Source of the DNA: a virus
DNA length: 18,305 nt
IMG/VR virus record: IMGVR_UViG_3300045988_008988
Coordinates: 1-18,305 of that record
Direction: 5' to 3' (one strand)
Each line of letters starts with the position of its first letter. Positions within the stretch are counted from its first letter, which is position 1. The notes under the pieces are model-generated. The model searched no databases. It was not told where the DNA came from and saw only the letters and a list, made by a program, of their open reading frames with translations. Positions 13,570 through 18,305 of this stretch are shown piece by piece. Position numbers and translations under genes: made by a program.

Positions 13570-15022
13570 CAAAAAAACAGCCGTCATCGTTGACATGGCG
13601 AGACTTCGGCAGGAAGTCGTCGTAGGGGATAGGGGTTGCCCGATGCACGCCACTCAACCGCATCACCGTGCTGCCGTCTCCCTCTACGCCGCAATATTTG
13701 CGATTGCCGAGAATGCGAATTTTTTCATAGGTGTGGTCATTTTTCCACGCACCCAGTTTCTTGTCGTCCGTTTCGATGCCAATAGGCACGTCCAGTCCCT
13801 CCAATATCATGCCGTCCGTATCGGCGTAGAGCACACGGTCGGCGTTCGCGTTCATCGCGCGGGACAGTATTTGCCGACCGTAAGCGTTGACATAGGCGGC
13901 GGTCGGTAGCCATGCGAGTGAGTTGGCTGACTCAGGTTTGTCCACAGTAAAGTCCACGCCGCCGTCGCCGGAAGGCTTCGGATGCAGCATAGGCCGGTAA
14001 AGCGAGGCCCCGAATTTTCCCACCAGCGAGTTTAACAATAGTTTCGCCATTTGCCGACGCTCTCCGGTCGCGGTTTGTTTCACGTGAAACCATTTATCAA
14101 CGTAGCCGTAATAAAGTCCATGCGATTTACGAAACTTCCAGCCGCCGATATGATCCCACACATGGACGTCATAGTTTTCCGTCAAGGTCTGCCAATCCAC
14201 ATCGGTCACGGGCATGGTGACGACACCTAGCGTACTGTCCAGACGTTCGCCCTCATACCCCCATACTGGCAGGATATTTGTGAGCGTCGCCGTTTTTCCC
14301 GGTTTCAGTCGCGCGTCGAACGCGATAACATCGATATGCAGGGGATAATCGGCGTCATAATGATATTCCCCCTCATACCATACAGGAGTGCCTACCGGCA
14401 TGGCAAAGTCGCGCATGACACTCGGATAAAGACTATTCACATCCCAGCTGTTGCAATCCCGATATTCGCCCGGCCTGCTGTGCACTATCGCTCCATAGTA
14501 TGCGGGGCGCATCCTGTGATAATCCGCTTTGTCCAATGGCGGGAAATGGCGTTTGAATCCGGCATAATCTCCGCCGATATAGTCGGACATCGCCATAGAC
14601 GCTATGGTTGTGCCCTTAAGGTTCAGGGCGTCGCATTCCTGTGCGATGTTCCACGTGGTTTCCAAGTCATCCACGCCGCCAAATGTTTCGCGTGAGACAT
14701 TCAGCCCGTCATCGCGCGTGATGTTGCGCACGTCCAGAAAATCCACGGTGATGCCGCCCATGCGCACGCGAAAACTGTAGAAATGGCCGCGAATGTTAAA
14801 AGTGCCCCAGACTCCACTTTTTGCCGGGTTCGATTGCAATGGCAGTCGTTTCAATAGTTCTGCGGCTATGGGCTTGATGTCCTGCCATCCGTGAGCGCAC
14901 CAGACGCGCGTATGGTGGTCAAGCATGGTTAGCCGAATGACGGCATTCGCCGTCAATGGCACTATACCGTCATCTGTCAATAGTATTGCGCCGTCTGTTG
15001 CCGCCGTTCGACGCTCTCGCAT
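13562..15022 (-). CDS. Family-B DNA polymerase, protein-primed (phi29 gp2 type)
   Basis: 486 aa with DVNSLYPS (motif A), KLLLNSLVGKFG (Kx3NSxYG-type motif B), YADTDGM (YxDTDS-type motif C) and a RKY (KxY) motif. RPAYYGA..DVNSLYP parallels the recalled phi29 segment RYAYRGG..DVNSLYP. The gene follows the putative terminal protein gene, and the genome has ITRs. Confidence 0.92.
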   Translation of the reverse strand: MRERRTAATDGAILLTDDGIVPLTANAVIRLTMLDHHTRVWCAHGWQDIKPIAAELLKRLPLQSNPAKSGVWGTFNIRGHFYSFRVRMGGITVDFLDVRNITRDDGLNVSRETFGGVDDLETTWNIAQECDALNLKGTTIASMAMSDYIGGDYAGFKRHFPPLDKADYHRMRPAYYGAIVHSRPGEYRDCNSWDVNSLYPSVMRDFAMPVGTPVWYEGEYHYDADYPLHIDVIAFDARLKPGKTATLTNILPVWGYEGERLDSTLGVVTMPVTDVDWQTLTENYDVHVWDHIGGWKFRKSHGLYYGYVDKWFHVKQTATGERRQMAKLLLNSLVGKFGASLYRPMLHPKPSGDGGVDFTVDKPESANSLAWLPTAAYVNAYGRQILSRAMNANADRVLYADTDGMILEGLDVPIGIETDDKKLGAWKNDHTYEKIRILGNRKYCGVEGDGSTVMRLSGVHRATPIPYDDFLPKSRHVNDDGCFFVL

Positions 15023-15037
15023 GATTCCATCCTTTTT

Positions 15038-15982
15038 TCAGTGTCTTGCTGCGCTGATCATCCATTCGTCAAGTCGTGTCTCTACATCTCCCGCGTCCGC
15101 TTTAGTTTCCCATTTGTGCGCCTTATCATTATACCATGTTGCCTCGCGCGCGACAACACTGAAATTCGTGTTGTTTATCAGCCATCGTTTTTGTCGGTTA
15201 GACAAGGATGCGAATCTTTGGGCGACACTGGAATCGAATGCTTCGAGCTGTTGCGCGACCTTATCGAAATCCGAAACACCCTCGTTCTCGGGAATACGCC
15301 TAGTTCCCGCGCGTAATGGCGCACGTCCAATAAGTCCGGCGTATTCTAGCACTTCTCGCTCCAGTTTCCTACGGCTCCCTTCTCGCATCATCGCACGTGC
15401 ATGGCTTATTCCACGCTCTGTACCAAACACGTTCGCACGGCTTCGCACGAGTTCATCGCGTGCCGAACCGCCGACCGTGTGTGTGCCCAACACGTCGACC
15501 GGAGATTCCCCTGCGCGTTCCATTTCACGCATTTCACCCACGGTATAGCGGGCCATGCTCAGCGCCTCGAATTGTTGGGCACGCTTGATTTTCTGCCGTG
15601 CCTCAACTCGGCGGCGCTGCTGCTGCCGTAACGTTTTCCGACGTTTCGACGGAGCGGCGGCAATTTCCGCGTCGGTTATCAGCGGGCGCGCGGCCATCTC
15701 ACGATCAAGTTTCGTAACATGAACGTCTGGAACGACCTGATACGGTTCGTTATCCCGCGCCCTTAAGGCTTGCTGTTGCTCTCCGAACTCCTGCCCGATG
15801 CGTCGTGCTACCTGTTCAAGCTGTTGGGCACTGAGATTTCCTAAAAACGTTTCAGTAATTTGCTTAGGTAGACGTCCGGTGCTGTAATCTCTGACCGCTC
15901 GCTCTCGGCGCACCTGTGCCGACCTGATTGCGGCGTTGCGTTTCAGATTGTCAGCGCGTCGGCTGTTTTTGCGTTTTGCCAC
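15038..15982 (-). CDS. Putative terminal protein (phi29 gp3 position)
   Basis: A highly basic, Arg/Gln-rich protein of ~314 aa immediately upstream of the protein-primed polymerase, as gene 3 is in phi29. I recognise no diagnostic motif. I prefer GTG 15982 (GGGGGAG SD), because the longer ATG 16057 version would contain the terminator hairpin at 16006-16041. Confidence 0.5.
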   Translation of the reverse strand: MAKRKNSRRADNLKRNAAIRSAQVRRERAVRDYSTGRLPKQITETFLGNLSAQQLEQVARRIGQEFGEQQQALRARDNEPYQVVPDVHVTKLDREMAARPLITDAEIAAAPSKRRKTLRQQQRRRVEARQKIKRAQQFEALSMARYTVGEMREMERAGESPVDVLGTHTVGGSARDELVRSRANVFGTERGISHARAMMREGSRRKLEREVLEYAGLIGRAPLRAGTRRIPENEGVSDFDKVAQQLEAFDSSVAQRFASLSNRQKRWLINNTNFSVVAREATWYNDKAHKWETKADAGDVETRLDEWMISAARH

Positions 15983-16005
15983 GGTCTCCCCCTGTGAGTA
16001 TGAAA

Positions 16006-16041
16006 CACCCCTCGCCGCAAAGATGGAAACGGCGAGGGGTG
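16006..16041 (-). terminator. GC-rich hairpin (terminator or attenuator) between the SSB and terminal protein genes
   Basis: 12-bp stem (16006-16017 CACCCCTCGCCG with 16030-16041 CGGCGAGGGGTG) and a 12-nt loop. Followed on the minus strand by only a short U run (UUUCAU). Confidence 0.55.
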
Positions 16042-16049
16042 AGTTTGGC

Positions 16050-16075
16050 GGCAACATCCCTATAGGGACATTGCC
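16050..16075 (-). promoter_or_regulatory. Strand-specific 11-bp hairpin with a UAUA loop
   Basis: On the minus-strand RNA, GGCAAUGUCCC-UAUA-GGGAUGUUGCC pairs fully, with two G-U wobbles. On the plus-strand RNA those two positions would be C-A mismatches. A TGATATCAT -10-like box abuts it at 16076-16084. Confidence 0.5.
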
Positions 16076-16103
16076 ATGATATCACACGGTGCGGACAATA
16101 ATG

Positions 16104-16541
16104 TTACTTGCGCTTGTTTTCCGACACCAGTTCAAGGTCGAAGAATTTGTAGCCACGACGACTCTTCTTTTCCACCACCTTGAGAGCAAGCGGCGCAGAC
16201 CATGTGTCCGGCGTGCCGAAAATGGCGAACAGATTGCCGAATGCGTGCGCCAACGTGGGGGAGGCGGCGGCAAAGTCGCCTTCCTCTGCGTGAATGACGA
16301 CGCGGGTAGACGAATTGATTTCACCAGTCTCCTGATTGGCGACCTCGATAGCCTGCGCCAGCACGTTGGTGACATGCAACGGTTCATTAAGGTGTTCATC
16401 TACCTTATCGGCGGTCTGCATGGCGTTGTACAGCGCCATCTTTCCGTCCATGGTGGAAGTATCGAAAAAGTGGGATACGGCGTTAGTGCCGTTCGCGGAA
16501 AAGTTATTGCCGTTCGTTACGGTCAGTTCGTTGTCAGCCAT
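16104..16541 (-). CDS. Single-stranded DNA-binding protein, phi29 p5-like
   Basis: 145 aa. FFDTSTMDGKMALYNA, RVVIHAEEGDFAAASPTLAHAFGNLFAIF and LALKVVEKKSRRGYKFFDLEL parallel the recalled phi29 p5 segments FDTETLEGQIKIFNA, TTIFAADGSLYSAISKTVAEAASDLIDLV and FKVKVVQGTSSKGNVFFSLQL. The position upstream of the TP and polymerase genes matches gene 5. AAGGAAAGG SD. Confidence 0.6.
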   Translation of the reverse strand: MADNELTVTNGNNFSANGTNAVSHFFDTSTMDGKMALYNAMQTADKVDEHLNEPLHVTNVLAQAIEVANQETGEINSSTRVVIHAEEGDFAAASPTLAHAFGNLFAIFGTPDTWSAPLALKVVEKKSRRGYKFFDLELVSENKRK

Positions 16542-16572
16542 TAGTGTTGCCTTTCCTTATAGGGGTTGTTAA

Positions 16573-16884
16573 TTATTTTTCCTCGGTGATGATATCATCT
16601 TCAACAACGTTGCCATTAACCGGCCCCGGATAATCGATGATGGTATCATCTCCAAATTCACAATTAGCCCAGTAGATTGCTTCATCCATGCGCGTTGCTT
16701 GCGCATGATATTCGGCGGACATTGGTAGCATGTCCTTGTTGATTTTGCGGGCTTTTTTCATAGCCATGTCAGCTGTACGGCACGCGCCATTCACGACTAC
16801 CTCAGTGTCAACGAGTTCGCCGTTTTCACCGCGCGTGATGCCGCGCACAATACTGTAATGCTTGGCTCTCTTAATGTATGCCAT
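16573..16884 (-). CDS. Hypothetical early protein, possibly a p6-like dsDNA-binding protein
   Basis: 103 aa from ATG 16884 (AAGGCGG SD 7 nt upstream). Its size, acidic C-terminal tail (VVEDDIITEEK) and position just upstream of the SSB mirror phi29 gene 6. Sequence resemblance is only vague. Confidence 0.55.
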   Translation of the reverse strand: MAYIKRAKHYSIVRGITRGENGELVDTEVVVNGACRTADMAMKKARKINKDMLPMSAEYHAQATRMDEAIYWANCEFGDDTIIDYPGPVNGNVVEDDIITEEK

Positions 16885-16901
16885 AATCATACCGCCTTAT
16901 C

Positions 16902-17432
16902 TTATTGTTGCTGCTGTTGTGACATTCTTGCAATGTCTTCATCAGTATACCGCATGTCAGTGAGATTGTCAAAACATCGACACGCGATTTTAACAACGGT
17001 CTGGGCAAATTCATTACCATCCCAGGCCTTGCACATTTCATAACATGTCGCACCTTTGACATGACAGACGGCGCACCACGCCACCATAGCCGGAGCATAA
17101 ATAACGCCACCCAACATTTCAATATCCTGAGTTCGCGCCAACGCGCCGATGCGCGACGTGCGGGGGGAAAGTGATAAGCAAACGTTTGCCGCATGTTCGA
17201 TGCCGTCAGCGAACGCCACCTGAGCACCTTGAGGCTCATAAAAGACCTTGAGTAGCGCTATACTACGACATAATGTTTCCCAGTCCCCCTCTCCTCGATT
17301 ATATTCGCGCAAATGCAACTTACGCCGACGACCACGAATGACACGGCGCACACGATCATCATCTAGTATGCCATCATCAAACCAGTTCGTACGTTTATCG
17401 CCGTCATCACAATTCAAGTTCTTCAATTTCAT
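16902..17432 (-). CDS. Hypothetical early protein, Cys-rich with a poly-Gln C-terminus
   Basis: 176 aa with a TGGAG SD. Contains WCAVCHVKGATCYEMCKAW..ACRCF and ends in QQQQQ. No recognisable family. Confidence 0.6.
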   Translation of the reverse strand: MKLKNLNCDDGDKRTNWFDDGILDDDRVRRVIRGRRRKLHLREYNRGEGDWETLCRSIALLKVFYEPQGAQVAFADGIEHAANVCLSLSPRTSRIGALARTQDIEMLGGVIYAPAMVAWCAVCHVKGATCYEMCKAWDGNEFAQTVVKIACRCFDNLTDMRYTDEDIARMSQQQQQ

Positions 17433-17434
17433 AA

Positions 17435-17644
17435 TTAAAACTCCAGTGTATCCTCGCTAAACCCAGCACCATACAACCACATGTTTAACCACACAGCCTT
17501 ATCTGGGCACCGTTTCGGCGGATTATAAGCGCTATGCCCATGCCGCACACCAGCCCAAAAAGCGCGCAAACGCCAATACGTATCAGCGTCAGGACAGTTG
17601 CCACACGTCCACGAATGAATCCAACCACGAAAATACACAATCAA
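17435..17644 (-). CDS. Hypothetical small Trp-rich early protein
   Basis: 69 aa, starting at TTG 17644 or GTG 17638 (AGGGA SD), coupled to the upstream stop. Rich in Trp and Cys. Confidence 0.5.
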   Translation of the reverse strand: MIVYFRGWIHSWTCGNCPDADTYWRLRAFWAGVRHGHSAYNPPKRCPDKAVWLNMWLYGAGFSEDTLEF

Positions 17645-17892
17645 TCCCTATCCTTAAGCGGTTTGGCCGCGATACCCATAGCGTCCAGTACCATGGCTCG
17701 CATTTCGTTCGCCTTCGTAGGGTCATAACCACACCGCGCGACCCCCTTAGTCAAGCCGATAGGCGTATGAAACTCAACATCATATGTTAGATAAAACAAG
17801 TGTTGGTGAGTGCAGTATTCGATACGCACATCACCCCCCATATGAGGGCTGTTGAACCTTCCGACACGAATATCTCCATAAGACATTTTCAA
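17641..17892 (-). CDS. Hypothetical early protein
   Basis: 83 aa. ATG 17892 follows a GGAAGGA SD, which lies ~18 nt downstream of the TTGGTG-16-TGGTATAAT promoter. Confidence 0.6.
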   Translation of the reverse strand: MKMSYGDIRVGRFNSPHMGGDVRIEYCTHQHLFYLTYDVEFHTPIGLTKGVARCGYDPTKANEMRAMVLDAMGIAAKPLKDRD

Positions 17893-17910
17893 TCATCCTT
17901 CCCTAATCAA

Positions 17911-17938
17911 ATTATACCAAAAACGATAACAACACCAA
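17911..17938 (-). promoter_or_regulatory. Candidate early promoter: TTGGTG, 16-nt spacer, TGGTATAAT
   Basis: -35-like TTGGTG (17933-17938), a 16-nt spacer and an extended -10 TGGTATAAT (17911-17919), followed by an SD and ATG 17892. This is the most complete sigma-70-type promoter in the window. Confidence 0.6.
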
Positions 17939-17976
17939 TAATACACGCGCAAATAACAAGAACAGAAGAAAGCATA

Positions 17977-18300
17977 TCAATACACCACCTTGTAATAATA
18001 AACCACATATCCGCTTGAAACGTTATATTCAGAAGAGAGCAGGTTAACATGAGCGTAAGATATGACTCCTTCAATCTGGAGAACTCTACGCAAAGCTTCA
18101 TAAGAGTCTTTGGCATGGACTACACGATAACTACGAGTCGGCGACTCCACTTGGAGATAGTCGCGTCCATCCCAATCAACAATGATATACGTATACCCTT
18201 TCACACTCACGCTTTCCTCGAACGCTTCGATAAAATCACCAGCCGGAAACAAATCACAATCACCATACTCCTCAATGATCATATCATTGACCAAAGCCAC
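17977..18300 (-). CDS. Hypothetical first early ORF, opening inside the right ITR
   Basis: The frame is open from GTG 18300, only 5 nt from the terminus. A more realistic start is GTG 18210, after GAGGAAAGC at the inner ITR edge, giving ~77 aa. The sequence looks protein-like (KGYTYIIVDWDGRDYLQVESPTRSYRVVHAKDSYEALRRVLQIEG). No known family. Confidence 0.45.
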   Translation of the reverse strand: MALVNDMIIEEYGDCDLFPAGDFIEAFEESVSVKGYTYIIVDWDGRDYLQVESPTRSYRVVHAKDSYEALRRVLQIEGVISYAHVNLLSSEYNVSSGYVVYYYKVVY

Positions 18301-18305
18301 ATGAT
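18207..18305. repeat. Right inverted terminal repeat (ITR), 99 bp
   Basis: Exact reverse complement of bases 1-99. Confidence 0.95.

Noticed and set aside
14659-14667. DLE at polymerase residues 119-121 (VDDLETTW), which resembles the phi29 ExoI DFETTT motif.
   Set aside because: It lies only ~75 residues before motif A, where ExoIII is expected, which leaves no room for ExoII and ExoIII downstream. It is unlikely to be a genuine ExoI, though a profile alignment should confirm this.
17907-18116. 69-aa ORF, or a 33-aa version from ATG 18008 (MWFIITRWCIDMLSSVLVICACIIGVVIVFGII), with a hydrophobic C-terminus.
   Set aside because: It overlaps the 17977-18300 ORF in another frame, has only a weak SD (GCGGA), and its 3' end is occupied by the promoter box at 17911-17919. 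A tiny membrane peptide cannot be excluded, but the sequence gives no positive support.
1-18305. Scan for tRNA, rRNA, CRISPR repeats, integrase, repressor or transposase genes.
   Set aside because: I saw no cloverleaf-like GC-rich 70-90-nt segments, no regularly spaced direct repeats and no recombinase or HTH-repressor motifs. The element looks strictly lytic and is not an integrated mobile element.

Overview
The window looks like a complete 18.3-kb linear genome of a small phi29-like, protein-primed podovirus, probably infecting a Gram-positive host (possibly an actinobacterium). Both ends carry perfect 99-bp inverted terminal repeats. All convincing genes lie on the minus strand, and their order matches phi29. 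Read right to left: AT-rich early ORFans, a p6-like(?) protein, a p5-like SSB, a putative terminal protein, a family-B protein-primed DNA polymerase, scaffold, major capsid with a Big_2 C-terminus, tail knob, portal, lower collar, a tail-fibre cluster including a GDPD-domain fibre, a gp13-like wall hydrolase, a gp16-type packaging ATPase, holin and an amidase endolysin. I found no tRNA, rRNA, CRISPR array, integrase or repressor. The most interesting observations are: (1) a 111-nt non-coding stretch between the polymerase and scaffold genes that folds by hand into a nested three-way junction, a candidate pRNA-like or leader RNA; (2) a polymerase with a shortened N-terminal domain in which I cannot find the ExoI, ExoII or ExoIII catalytic residues; (3) three consecutive ORFs sharing one tail-fibre N-terminal anchor motif, two of them short stubs and one separated in frame from the GDPD fibre by a single TAG; (4) seven TGnTATAAT extended -10 boxes on the coding strand, three placed 6-7 nt before an ATG with no Shine-Dalgarno (leaderless geometry); (5) ITRs that carry an ORF start and a promoter-like box, with a terminator right after the left copy. 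All homology calls come from motif recognition and reference sequences recalled from memory, not from searches.
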